A stretch of 64,000 nucleotides of DNA from assembly GCA_965243025.1 (NCBI GenBank), contig CBDETY010000003.1, positions 6,528,001-6,592,000 on the forward strand. The letters are read 5' to 3'. Positions 9,404-18,573 of this stretch are shown here, in pieces. The notes under the pieces were generated by a model that was not told where the DNA came from, did not search any database, and was given only the letters and a program-made list of their open reading frames with translations. The stretch is from Candidatus Latescibacterota bacterium. GTDB taxonomy: Bacteria > Latescibacterota > UBA2968 > UBA8231. The stretch's first letter is position 1; each line of letters opens with the position of its first letter. Made by a program: the position numbers and the translations under genes.

Positions 9404-10375
9404 ATGATGTCCGGGAGAAATTGCACGCGTTTCACAGCGGCGGCCGTCGCAACGGTCGTTGCCTTGATGGGAGCCGCCGAGGCCCAGTGGGAGCGGGCCA
9501 AGGTTTACGACCTCCCGAAGTTCACGCAGCCCCCCGTCCTCGACGGGGACCGCTTCACGGTGGAGGACGAGTGGGCGGGCACCCTGGCCCTCGAGTGCTC
9601 CCCCTCGGTGGTGTCGGCGGACGGCGGCGAGTTCGGCTGGCGCGACGCTGAAAACCAGTGGAGCAACGTCAGCGCCAACCAGCTGGTCCAGAGCGAAGGC
9701 GAGGATGGGGCCATCGCCCGCACCGACGCCGACCTCTGGACCCTGATCTACCACGCATGGGACGACGATGCCGTCTACTTCTTCGTCGAGACCCGCGACA
9801 ACGTGCGCGACGTCTCCGACGGGGGCGCGGAGCCGTTCCTGTGGTGGGAGCGCGACAGCATAACCATCCATTTCGACCTGCTCAACGAGGACATCAACTA
9901 CGATCAGGCGACCGACACCTTCAGCGGCACAGGCTACAACGCCATCAACTTCGTGGCCGCGCCGATGAACTCGAGCGAAGTGACCCGCACTTACGAGAAC
10001 ATCGTGCAGGGCAAGCGGGAATTTCACCAGGATCCCGACATCCTCGAGGGAATGGAGTACGGGTTCCGCGATGCCGGCGACGAGTTCGGCGGCGAAGCCG
10101 ACTACACGATCGAAGGCAGGGTCACCTGGGATGCCCTGGTGCGGGGCGGCAACCTGCCCTCCCCGCCGGAGGCGGGCTCCGAAATGGGCTTCTCGTGGAT
10201 CCCCCTGGATCCCGACAACGACGAGTCGTACGGCGGACAGCTGCAGTGCGAGGGCTGGATCCCCGAGCTGGCGACCTACTCCACCTGGATCTTCTCCGAG
10301 ACGCCTGCCGGACCTTCGGCGACGGCGGTGGAAGAGGATTCCTGGGCTGACATCAAGAAAACCTTCGTCGACTAG
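9404..10375 (+). CDS. Secreted CBM9/DOMON-like sugar-binding protein with TAVEEDSWxxIK tail
   Basis: AAGGAG RBS; signal peptide; 'PPVLDG', 'AWDDDAVYFFVETRD', 'WERDSITIHFD', 'YTIEGRVTW'. Confidence 0.7.
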   Translation: MMSGRNCTRFTAAAVATVVALMGAAEAQWERAKVYDLPKFTQPPVLDGDRFTVEDEWAGTLALECSPSVVSADGGEFGWRDAENQWSNVSANQLVQSEGEDGAIARTDADLWTLIYHAWDDDAVYFFVETRDNVRDVSDGGAEPFLWWERDSITIHFDLLNEDINYDQATDTFSGTGYNAINFVAAPMNSSEVTRTYENIVQGKREFHQDPDILEGMEYGFRDAGDEFGGEADYTIEGRVTWDALVRGGNLPSPPEAGSEMGFSWIPLDPDNDESYGGQLQCEGWIPELATYSTWIFSETPAGPSATAVEEDSWADIKKTFVD

Positions 10376-10397
10376 TTCCGTTTCTTTCAGTGTTGGC

Positions 10398-10452
10398 CGT
10401 CCCGGCCGCATTCCGGAGCGGGCCATGGCTCGCCTCCGTTGCGGCCGGGACG
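10398..10452 (+). terminator. Long stem-loop between CBM9-like and transporter genes
   Basis: CGTCCCGGCCGCA...TGCGGCCGGGACG perfect 13-bp arms plus inner pairing. Confidence 0.6.
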
Positions 10453-10508
10453 CGTTGTTTCCCCGACCCGGGGCGGAAGGCGCATAAAGCTGCCATGGCG
10501 GACACTCG

Positions 10509-12530
10509 TTGCCCGGAGTAGCGGCCGAGGTCGACGACGTGTCCTGGCCACCCGGATCCGTACGGCGAGTGCCGGAGTGCGCCCCGAGGGCATCCGGGCT
10601 GACCGTCCGGTCGATGACCCTGGGCCTGGCGCTCGTCCTGGCCGTGTGCATCGGGGGGCCCTGCTCCCTGTGGGTGATCGGTTCCAACGATTTCACCTGG
10701 TCCCACTTTCCCGACGGCGTCGGGATTCCCTTTCTGTTCCTGGTAGCGGGGAACATCATTCTCCGTTGGCTGCGGCCCGGATGGGTCCTGAGCCCCGCCG
10801 AGCTCATCACCATCATCGTCATGGGTCTGGTGGTGACCGGGATCCCGATCTTCCTGGTCGGCTACCTCCTCTCGATCCCGACCACGCCCCACTACTTCGC
10901 CTCGCCCGAAAACCAATGGGGCAGGTACGTCGTGCCCTACCTGCCCGACTGGCTGCTGCCGAGCAACGAGGGGCTCGCCATGACGTGGTTCTTCGAAGGC
11001 CTGCCCTTCGGACAGCCCGTGCCGTGGTCGACCCTGCTGCAGGCCTGGGTCTTCCCCCTTGCCATGTGGCTCACCTTCATCGGCGCCCTCTACTTCGCCT
11101 GCTTCGTCCTCGTCGTCATCCTGCGCAAGCAATGGGTCGAGCGGGAGCGGCTGGACTTCCCCCTCATGCGGGTGCCGGAGGCGCTGCTGGAGAGGGGGAC
11201 GGGGTCGTCCCCGGTTCCCGCCCTGCTTCGCAGCCGGGTATTCTGGATCGGTGCCGCCCTCCCGCTGGGCATCATTCTGTGGAACATCTCCGGCTATTTC
11301 TACCACTTCATCCCCCAGATTCCCTTCCACTATCAGGTTCAGGTCGCCCGCGGCTTCCCGACCATGGAGTTCAACCTGAACGGCCCCATCATCGGGTTCA
11401 TGTACTTCGTGAACCTCAACGTGTCGTTCAGCATCTGGTTCTTCTACCTGCTGACGACGGTGGAAGAGGGAATCTTCAATCGCTTCGGCATCGGCGTCAC
11501 CGAGGGGAATGCCTTCGTCTGGGGGCTGCCTTCGACGTCGTGGCAGAGCTGGGGGGCCTTCGTTTTCATGGTCCTCTGGGGGCTGTGGATGGCCCGGAGC
11601 CATCTGCGGGACGTGATTCGCAAGGCCCTGGACTCCCGTCACCCCGTGGACGACCGCGGGGAGCTGCTGCCCTACCGGATCGCCGTGACGGGCTTTGCCG
11701 TCGCCCTCCTCTACATGCTGGTGTGGCTCAATCGGGCCGGGATGTCCTGGCCGGTGGCGGGCCTGTTCCTCGCGTGCGTGCTGATCGCCTATCTCGGCAT
11801 CACCCGCCTGGTGATACAGGGAGGAGTCTACTTCGTGTCTACCCCGGTGGTGGCCCAGGCGATGACGATGGAGACCTTCGGCGCCAACGCGATCTCGCCT
11901 CATGGACTGGGGGCTCTCGGGTTGAGCTACTCGTTCTTCGGCGACGTCCAGTCGGTGTTCATGCCGTCGGCCGCCCACGCCGCGCGGCTCCGCGACAGGA
12001 TGCAGGTCGGGCGAACCGGGCTGTCGGTTGCCATCCTGCTCGCCGTGGTCGTGGGGTTCGCCGCATCCATCGGCTGCATCCTCTACATGGGGTACGACCA
12101 GGGGGCTTCCAACTTCAACTCCTGGTTCTACCGGGTCTCCTCCGGCGCCGGTGTGCTGACCTTCAACGACGTCATGGGCAAGGTCAAGAACCCCGCAGGA
12201 CCGGACGGCTCCAAGCTCGGTTTCTTCGGCGCCGGCGGCTTGCTGATGGGCGCGTTGACTTTCATGCAGTACCGCTTCCCGTGGTGGCCGCTCCATCCCA
12301 TCGGGCTGACCATCGCATCGGTGTGGATGATCCGGCGCCAGGCCGCCGCCATCTTCCTGGCGTGGTCGGCGAAGACCGTCATCCTGCGCTTCGGCGGCCT
12401 CGAGCTCTACCGCCGGGCGGCGCCGTTCTTCATCGGGCTCATCCTGGGGCAGTGGATCGGGGTGGGAATCTCGTTCGTCGTCGATCTCCTGTTCTTCTAC
12501 GGGGACGGCCATGTCATCATGCATGCGTGA
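10509..12530 (+). CDS. DUF6785/DUF6784-like polytopic membrane protein (putative transporter)
   Basis: 673 aa, highly hydrophobic; 'ILRKQWVERERLDFPL', 'YRFPWWPLHPIG', 'RFGG..LYRRAAPFFIGLILG'; true start may be GTG 10539. Confidence 0.75.
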   Translation: MPGVAAEVDDVSWPPGSVRRVPECAPRASGLTVRSMTLGLALVLAVCIGGPCSLWVIGSNDFTWSHFPDGVGIPFLFLVAGNIILRWLRPGWVLSPAELITIIVMGLVVTGIPIFLVGYLLSIPTTPHYFASPENQWGRYVVPYLPDWLLPSNEGLAMTWFFEGLPFGQPVPWSTLLQAWVFPLAMWLTFIGALYFACFVLVVILRKQWVERERLDFPLMRVPEALLERGTGSSPVPALLRSRVFWIGAALPLGIILWNISGYFYHFIPQIPFHYQVQVARGFPTMEFNLNGPIIGFMYFVNLNVSFSIWFFYLLTTVEEGIFNRFGIGVTEGNAFVWGLPSTSWQSWGAFVFMVLWGLWMARSHLRDVIRKALDSRHPVDDRGELLPYRIAVTGFAVALLYMLVWLNRAGMSWPVAGLFLACVLIAYLGITRLVIQGGVYFVSTPVVAQAMTMETFGANAISPHGLGALGLSYSFFGDVQSVFMPSAAHAARLRDRMQVGRTGLSVAILLAVVVGFAASIGCILYMGYDQGASNFNSWFYRVSSGAGVLTFNDVMGKVKNPAGPDGSKLGFFGAGGLLMGALTFMQYRFPWWPLHPIGLTIASVWMIRRQAAAIFLAWSAKTVILRFGGLELYRRAAPFFIGLILGQWIGVGISFVVDLLFFYGDGHVIMHA

Positions 12531-12698
12531 ACGCTGCGCAATGCCGCGAAGCAGCTCACCCTGCGGTGCCTCTCGACACGAGGGGGACGCAGATGGATTG
12601 CCGGGGCCTCCCGTGCGAGGTCGGGTGGGCGGGAGAGTTGCCGAAAACTCCGCGGCTTTCGGAAGAATTGAGGGGCGGCCCCGCCCGGGAGGTGTCTC

Positions 12699-14177
12699 AT
12701 GCCTGACAAACTGATCGGGATGTACGTCCACCAGCACTGGCCGTACAACCACCCCTACGCCGCCCGCACCTGGTCTCTGGAGGACTGGCGCGGATACGCC
12801 GACGGCCTCCGCCGGATCGGGTTCAATTCGATAATGATCTGGCCCATGCTCGAGACCATGCCCTCGCCGCTCACCGGGAGCGACAGGGCCTGTCTCGAGA
12901 AGGTGGGGGATGTGATCGGGATGCTGAAGGGGGAATTCGGCATGCGGGTAGTCACCGCGCTCTGTCCGAATGTCGCCGCCGTCGATGAGGTGGCGGCCCG
13001 GACCTCCTGCAAGGACAGGCACTTCTTCCACTGCGACATCCGCGTGAACCCCGCCGACCCCGTGGCGCTCGACCGGATGCTGCGGTGGCGCGAGGAGATC
13101 CTCGCTCCTCTGAGGGAGACCGACGCCATCTCCATCATCGACAGCGACCCCGGGGGGTACCCGGGCTCCACGAACGAGGAGTTCGTTCACCTGCTCGCCG
13201 AACACCGGAAGCTGTTCGACCGACTCCGGCCGGGGATCGAGCTGATCTACTGGGTCCACGCGGGATGGGAGGCCTACAGCCGCTTCTACGAGACCGGGAA
13301 GTTCGAGTTCGGCCTCGAGGAGGAGTTCGTCGACACCCTGAAGCGCCTGGCGGAGATCGATCCCGAGCCCTGGGGCATCGCCAACGGCCTCGAGTTCGCC
13401 GAGCCGCTGGGTCTCCGGGACCGCGTTCTCGGTTTCAACTACGGGGCCATCGAGGGGGAGCCGACGTTTCCCCTTACGAACTTCACCCCTGAGAGCGCCC
13501 GCGAGATCGGAGCCAGGGACATGCCGAGGGGGGTCCTGGGAAACGCCCAGACCCACTGTGTTCAGCTGCCGAACACCTTTGCCTTCGCCCGCGGCGCTCA
13601 GGGCAACCCCGTAGAAGACGGTGACGTGCTGGAGTTCGCCGCAGGGCTGCTCCCGGACCACGCCGGGCTGATCCTGAGCTCCTGGAAGGCCATGGAGGCG
13701 GGCGAGCCGAAGATGCAGGCCGAACTCTCCGCCAGCCTGGAGGAGATTCAGGGAAACGATCTCAGGTCGGGTGAACTGGGCGGGCTGCTCCTGGGAAGCC
13801 CGCGTCGATTTCTCAACGACCTGGTCCTTCAGCTGAGGCTGAAGGCGGCCTGCGGGGACCTGTGCGCGGCGATTCACAGCGGTGCCGGTCACAGGGACGC
13901 GCTGCAGCGGTTCGTCTTTGCAGCAGACCTGTGGCAGGCCAAACACGGTTACCGAAACCGCTGGGAGTGGCCGGAGCTCGCGGCCGCCCTCGAGAAACTC
14001 GGAAACCGGGAGATCGATCGCGCACTGGATCAGTGGGTCGGTGAAGGCGAGGGTTTCGCCTTCGTGAAATCCCGCTACTTCCGTGAAGAGACTCAAACCC
14101 TGACCCTGCTCCAGGCGCTGAAGCGCGCGTTCATCGGAGAGGCGAACCTGGGGGGGCAGGGGGCCTGGGGTGATTAA
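12699..14177 (+). CDS. Hypothetical protein, glycoside-hydrolase-like TIM barrel
   Basis: GGAGG RBS; 'GMYVHQHWPYNHPYAARTWSLEDWRGYADGL..IGFN', 'DSDPGG'. Confidence 0.55.
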   Translation: MPDKLIGMYVHQHWPYNHPYAARTWSLEDWRGYADGLRRIGFNSIMIWPMLETMPSPLTGSDRACLEKVGDVIGMLKGEFGMRVVTALCPNVAAVDEVAARTSCKDRHFFHCDIRVNPADPVALDRMLRWREEILAPLRETDAISIIDSDPGGYPGSTNEEFVHLLAEHRKLFDRLRPGIELIYWVHAGWEAYSRFYETGKFEFGLEEEFVDTLKRLAEIDPEPWGIANGLEFAEPLGLRDRVLGFNYGAIEGEPTFPLTNFTPESAREIGARDMPRGVLGNAQTHCVQLPNTFAFARGAQGNPVEDGDVLEFAAGLLPDHAGLILSSWKAMEAGEPKMQAELSASLEEIQGNDLRSGELGGLLLGSPRRFLNDLVLQLRLKAACGDLCAAIHSGAGHRDALQRFVFAADLWQAKHGYRNRWEWPELAAALEKLGNREIDRALDQWVGEGEGFAFVKSRYFREETQTLTLLQALKRAFIGEANLGGQGAWGD

Positions 14178-14243
14178 ACCGGTCAGGTTCGTTGCCTCGT
14201 CCGTGACGATTGAACCCGAAGCCGACAGATAAGGAACCCGGCC

Positions 14244-16007
14244 ATGCGTTGCTTCCATTTTCTGCTTGCCGCCGCGCTGTTCGCCGCCTGTGACGGAGAT
14301 CCCCTTTCGGACCGGGGGCTCGGGGGCCTCGCCGCCGGTGCCGCGCCGGCTCCTTCGGGTTGGAGCGGCGAGCCCTGGGCGGAGGAGCGGGGTGTCTACA
14401 CCTTCGTCCTCGGCACCTACCACGCCCCCTGGGGAAACAGAGATTGGACCTTCGATCAGTGGAGGAGCTACGTCGATTTCCTCGCGTTTCTCGGCCTGAA
14501 CCACTTTCAGGTGATGCGCGCTCCCTGGTCGGAGCGGCCGGCGGAGACCGCGATGGAAGAGGAGAAGGAAAGGCTCTGGCGCGATGTATTGGCCCACGCC
14601 CGGAGCCGGGGCATGCGAACCTCCGTGATCCTGAGCTCGACGTTTCACGGCACGCCGGGAAACCCGTGGCACATTCTGTCCCCCAACAGTCCGGACCATC
14701 CCCACTGGCAGACGCTGCTGGCGGATTATGCCTACTTCGCCGAGCGCTATGGCGAGACGGTCGACGAGTGGCACTTCGGCGTCGAAGACCCCGGCGGCTG
14801 CCCGCGATGCTCCGGATCGGGTTGGGCCGGTTTCACCCCCACGGAGGAGTGCAATCCCGAAAACCCCGTCTGCACGCAGTCCGACCTCTTCGCCCTGATG
14901 CTGGAGGGGCGCCGCCTGGCGCGCCAACACAATCCCGACGCCGAGATCGTGGCCCAGACCTGGGCGGCCGGACACGGGAGCTGGTGGGCGCCCGACCCGG
15001 GTCACGGGGACACGGTCGACAACTTCCTGAGACTCGCCCGGGACCTGCCCGAAACGGTCGCGATCGGCACGCACGGTCACGAGCTGGAGCTGACCGAACG
15101 TCTCCGGGAGGGATCGGGCCGCGTGCTCGTCGCCTGGCCCTTCTATCTGCTCGACCACGAGTTCAGCGCCGGCATGACGCGGATGCACTTTGCGTGGACG
15201 AACGGGTACCTGCGAAGGCTCAAGGAGTCCGGGTTCCGCTCAATAGTGCCGCACGTCACCCATCCCGTCTTCCTCGCGCCCATGCTCTACGTGTACGCGG
15301 GATGGCTCCACGACATCGATCGCGATCCCCGGGAGCTCCTGGAGGAGTTTTCAGCCCACCTGGTCGGGGGAAACGGGGACGCCGCCGAGCTGGCGGCAGC
15401 GATGTATGAGCTGGGGATGTTCTGGGATCGCATTGTCGGCATCGCCAACTGGGACCCCTCCATCTTCCTCCCCCTCGAAGAAACACCCCCCCACCGCGGC
15501 CGCTACACGGAGGAGACGATCGAGCGCATCGACCTGGCCCGCGAGGCGATGCGAGCCGTCGGCCCGGCGCGTCCGGAGAGCGGGATGCCGATGGTGGTGA
15601 CGCCCGGGGAGTGGGTGGGAATGCTCCGGGACCAGATCGAGATCACCTGGAACTACGCGCACTTCGATCAGCTCCTCGATGCCGCCGCCGCGGCGGATGC
15701 GGCGGCCGGGCGCATCGGGGCGGGCGGCGGGACTCTGACCCGTGCAGAGGCGGAGCTGTTTGTCGAAGAGCTGGGAGACGGGCGCTTTCTCGCGCGCGAG
15801 GCGTTGCAGGAGGCTCTCGAGTACCAGCACATGTATTGGCCGAACCCGACCCAGTGGGCTTCGCCCTTCGGTCTCATCTACGAGTCCCTCGCCGGGATAA
15901 CCCACCGCGCCGTGGTATTCGAGGAGAGCTCCCTGAGGATCGAAGGAGGCGCGCTCGTTTTGGATCACCCCGGCGGGGAGACCGTCACCTGGCATATCGC
16001 CGAGTGA
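14244..16007 (+). CDS. Lipoprotein with GH-like barrel domain
   Basis: Lipobox 'LFAAC'; 'WTFDQWRSYVDFLAFLGLNHFQV', 'EDPGGCPRC'. Confidence 0.55.
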   Translation: MRCFHFLLAAALFAACDGDPLSDRGLGGLAAGAAPAPSGWSGEPWAEERGVYTFVLGTYHAPWGNRDWTFDQWRSYVDFLAFLGLNHFQVMRAPWSERPAETAMEEEKERLWRDVLAHARSRGMRTSVILSSTFHGTPGNPWHILSPNSPDHPHWQTLLADYAYFAERYGETVDEWHFGVEDPGGCPRCSGSGWAGFTPTEECNPENPVCTQSDLFALMLEGRRLARQHNPDAEIVAQTWAAGHGSWWAPDPGHGDTVDNFLRLARDLPETVAIGTHGHELELTERLREGSGRVLVAWPFYLLDHEFSAGMTRMHFAWTNGYLRRLKESGFRSIVPHVTHPVFLAPMLYVYAGWLHDIDRDPRELLEEFSAHLVGGNGDAAELAAAMYELGMFWDRIVGIANWDPSIFLPLEETPPHRGRYTEETIERIDLAREAMRAVGPARPESGMPMVVTPGEWVGMLRDQIEITWNYAHFDQLLDAAAAADAAAGRIGAGGGTLTRAEAELFVEELGDGRFLAREALQEALEYQHMYWPNPTQWASPFGLIYESLAGITHRAVVFEESSLRIEGGALVLDHPGGETVTWHIAE

Positions 16008-16222
16008 AGAGGCCGGCCCGAAGCGAAAGCGCAGCAGGAGGCAGGGCCGGCGGCATCGCTGCCCGGGCGGACCGGCTCCGCACAGCTCCCGCTTCGAGGA
16101 CCTGCGGCATGCGGCTTTGAAGCGAACCGGCCGATGCGGAAAGATGCGATGGCCTGGTCGATGTCAGGGGTGGGCGAAGTGCCCTCCCGTTTCAGAATCC
16201 AACCCGCAAGACAGCGAAACCG

Positions 16223-17800
16223 TCATACCCGATAGGCGAACAGTTTGGCCCCGAGCATGCGCACCCGGATCCCGACCGCCTCGCCCGCGGCCGATATGTC
16301 GGAACGGCCCTTCCAGGTCACCACCCGGTCCTCGCAGTCGCCGGTCAGGCGGTCGCACTCCTCGAAGGTGAACCCCGGCAGCGGGTCGGCGTCGGGCTGC
16401 ATCAGCGACGGCAGCTTTTCGAGCAGCTCTATCTGAATCCATCCGCCAGGCTCGCAGCGGTAGTTGAGGCGCAGCTCGTCGTGGACGCGGAACAGCGAGG
16501 GCAGGGAAAAGCCTCCCTCGGTGTCGGCGCGGATCCCGCAGAACCGGTGGGGGCGCCAGCGCGCCCAGCGGATCTGCTGCGGCTGCCGCGACGGGAAGAG
16601 CTCGGGAAGCTTCGCCTCCGGGCAGTCGTGGATGACGGAGAAGGAGGCGTAGGGACAGGCCCAGTACCCGTCGGGCAGCTCGACGATGCCGCTGCGCCAG
16701 AAGTGGGCCATGCACTCGTCGCCGTCCCCCTCGGCACCCAGCGGCAGGACCGGCCGGCGCTCGGGGCGCGACCAGTAGAGGCCGTCGCGGCTGAAGGCGA
16801 TCTGGCCGTCGATGGTGCTGGCGATCTGGTGGTACACCGGGATGAGCATGCCGTGCAGGTCGTCGCGGCCCGGGTAGGGGAAGTAGTTGGCGCCGTAGAA
16901 GCTGATGTCGGGCGGGTCCCCGGTGTCGGGGTGGTGGACGAGCTTGGGAGCGGGCCAGCTGGTGAAGTCGTCGGTGCGCGAGAAGCCGATGGTGCGGATC
17001 TGCATCCCCTGCTCGAGCCGGTTGACGCCGATGCCGTCGGGGAGCCCGGCGGGGTACCCCATCAACTGGATGTAGCAGAAGTAGCCGCCGCGGTGCTCGT
17101 CGTACCGGGCGGATATGCCGCCGTTGACGGGCCGCCTCGCCAGCGGCTCGGGCAGCGGCGTCCAGCGCAGGCCGTCGGGCGAGGTCCAGGCGAGCATGTC
17201 GCCGGCGATCTCCGCCCTGGGCCCGCTGTAATCGGCCTGCTCCTGCTCCGCCCTGATGCGCCGGGAGGGTTCCTCTCCCGACAGCTCCTCTCCGGTATCC
17301 GGGTCCCACCAGTACATGCGCCCCCCCATCGCCTTGAAGCGCTCTTCGGGAGGGGCGCTCGGATCCTCGAAGATTCCGGTGGTTCCCTCGCACGGGCGGG
17401 AGACCAGGTTGTTCCGGGTCGAGCCGTTGAACTCGACCTCCCCGAGCTCGGGCCGCGTCCAGCGGTAGGCGTCGTCGCTGACCGCGTAACACTGGCCTGC
17501 CGCGCTGCCGTAGAGCATGTGGAGGCGCCCGTCCCGCTTCCAGACGTAGAGCGGCGAGAGGTGGATGCCCTCCCACTCCGTCTCCGCCCGCAGGATCGGC
17601 TCCGACTTCAGCGCCTCCTCGATTTCGAAGCGGATCCCCAGCGGGGCGTCGTAGAGCTCGAGCTCGCCATCCCTGCTGGAGCCGCGGTGCCCGGGGAAGA
17701 CGTCGATCATGTCGACCAGGGGGCTCCAGGCCCCGGAGTTGAGGCGGATGCGCGGCGGGCGCCGTCTGGGGTCAGTGCTGTCGATGGTGCTGTCGGTCAT
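16223..17800 (-). CDS. Hypothetical protein, GH32/GH43/sialidase-like beta-propeller
   Basis: ATG 17800 with GGAG RBS; repeated Asp-box-like 'SDDAYRW', 'SPDGLRW', 'TDDFTSW', 'SRDGLYW'. Confidence 0.6.
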   Translation of the reverse strand: MTDSTIDSTDPRRRPPRIRLNSGAWSPLVDMIDVFPGHRGSSRDGELELYDAPLGIRFEIEEALKSEPILRAETEWEGIHLSPLYVWKRDGRLHMLYGSAAGQCYAVSDDAYRWTRPELGEVEFNGSTRNNLVSRPCEGTTGIFEDPSAPPEERFKAMGGRMYWWDPDTGEELSGEEPSRRIRAEQEQADYSGPRAEIAGDMLAWTSPDGLRWTPLPEPLARRPVNGGISARYDEHRGGYFCYIQLMGYPAGLPDGIGVNRLEQGMQIRTIGFSRTDDFTSWPAPKLVHHPDTGDPPDISFYGANYFPYPGRDDLHGMLIPVYHQIASTIDGQIAFSRDGLYWSRPERRPVLPLGAEGDGDECMAHFWRSGIVELPDGYWACPYASFSVIHDCPEAKLPELFPSRQPQQIRWARWRPHRFCGIRADTEGGFSLPSLFRVHDELRLNYRCEPGGWIQIELLEKLPSLMQPDADPLPGFTFEECDRLTGDCEDRVVTWKGRSDISAAGEAVGIRVRMLGAKLFAYRV

Positions 17801-17949
17801 CGGGCGTCTCCATGTGAGGCGTGAAGTTCGAATAACGGAAACTGCGGCGCTGCTGATTGCGGTGAGGGGAGTTGAGGGACGCTTCTGCCGGGCACCCCCT
17901 GCCACGATGCCGGCGGTCGATCAGGGAAGTCGCCAACGCTCCCTCGGGA

Positions 17950-18250
17950 TCGGCAGTGCGCGGCATAGGGACCGGCTCCTTGCCCTTTCGGCGAACAACA
18001 GGTCGCGGGTCAGCCTCGCCTTGTGCTCCTGCGCCGAAGGCTGCGCCCACAGGTTGTCGACCCCATGGGACCGGTTCGAGGTCGAACAGCTCGCCGTATG
18101 CACGGTGGAAATAAACGCTGAGCTTGCAGGGGCTGTCGACTCAGGTCTTCTGGTGGATGGTGTCGGGCTCGTGGCGATTCTCGACGACGGCGTGGTCGCG
18201 GGCGGTCTCCCGCTCGCCGTGCCGACACCGCGTGATCGGTCCAGTCATCG
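17950..18250 (-). pseudogene. Sulfatase C-terminal remnant
   Basis: Broken frames read 'RDHAVVENRHEPDTIHQKT*..KLSVYFHRAYGELFDLE..DNLWAQP..KARLTRDLLFAE..GKEPVPMPR'. Confidence 0.6.
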
Positions 18251-18299
18251 AAGCCGGCCCTGGAATACCCGCTGCACGGAGAGACGACGGCTCCCTTGC

Positions 18300-18408
18300 T
18301 GCGGGATCGGCGGCATGCTGGCCTACGGGTTCGTGCGCGCCCGTTGTGAGGACTGCGGGGCGAGCCAAGCCGTTGCCTTTTTCTGCAAGAAGCGGGTGTT
18401 CCGGCCAG
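18300..18408 (+). mobile_element. IS91/ISCR-family transposase zinc-binding domain remnant
   Basis: 'CGIGGMLAYGFVRARCEDCGASQAVAFFCKKRVFRP' matches the IS91 N-terminal CG..A.GF.R..C..C...VAFSCK.R..CP pattern. Confidence 0.7.
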
Positions 18409-18573
18409 AAAAAGCCGCCCTCGAGAGGGGGCTCCTTTATTTCATGTACAGCAACAATTTTCGGCCACTTACCTATCAATTTATGGTTGACCATCGGACC
18501 CCCACGTCACAGACTTTCCAGGAGGCCGTCACTCGTTGCTACTTGTCGGTTGGGCTCGAGAGGACACTCACCA

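Noticed and set aside
10353-15188. 1611-aa minus-strand ORF (likewise 6030-9071 +, 31009-33678 +, 46806-48791 -)
   Set aside because: Antisense or off-frame shadows of real genes in high-GC DNA; no family motifs
18124-18573. N-terminal extension of the 1044-aa ORF
   Set aside because: Overlaps sulfatase and IS91 remnants; the signal peptide begins at ATG 18574
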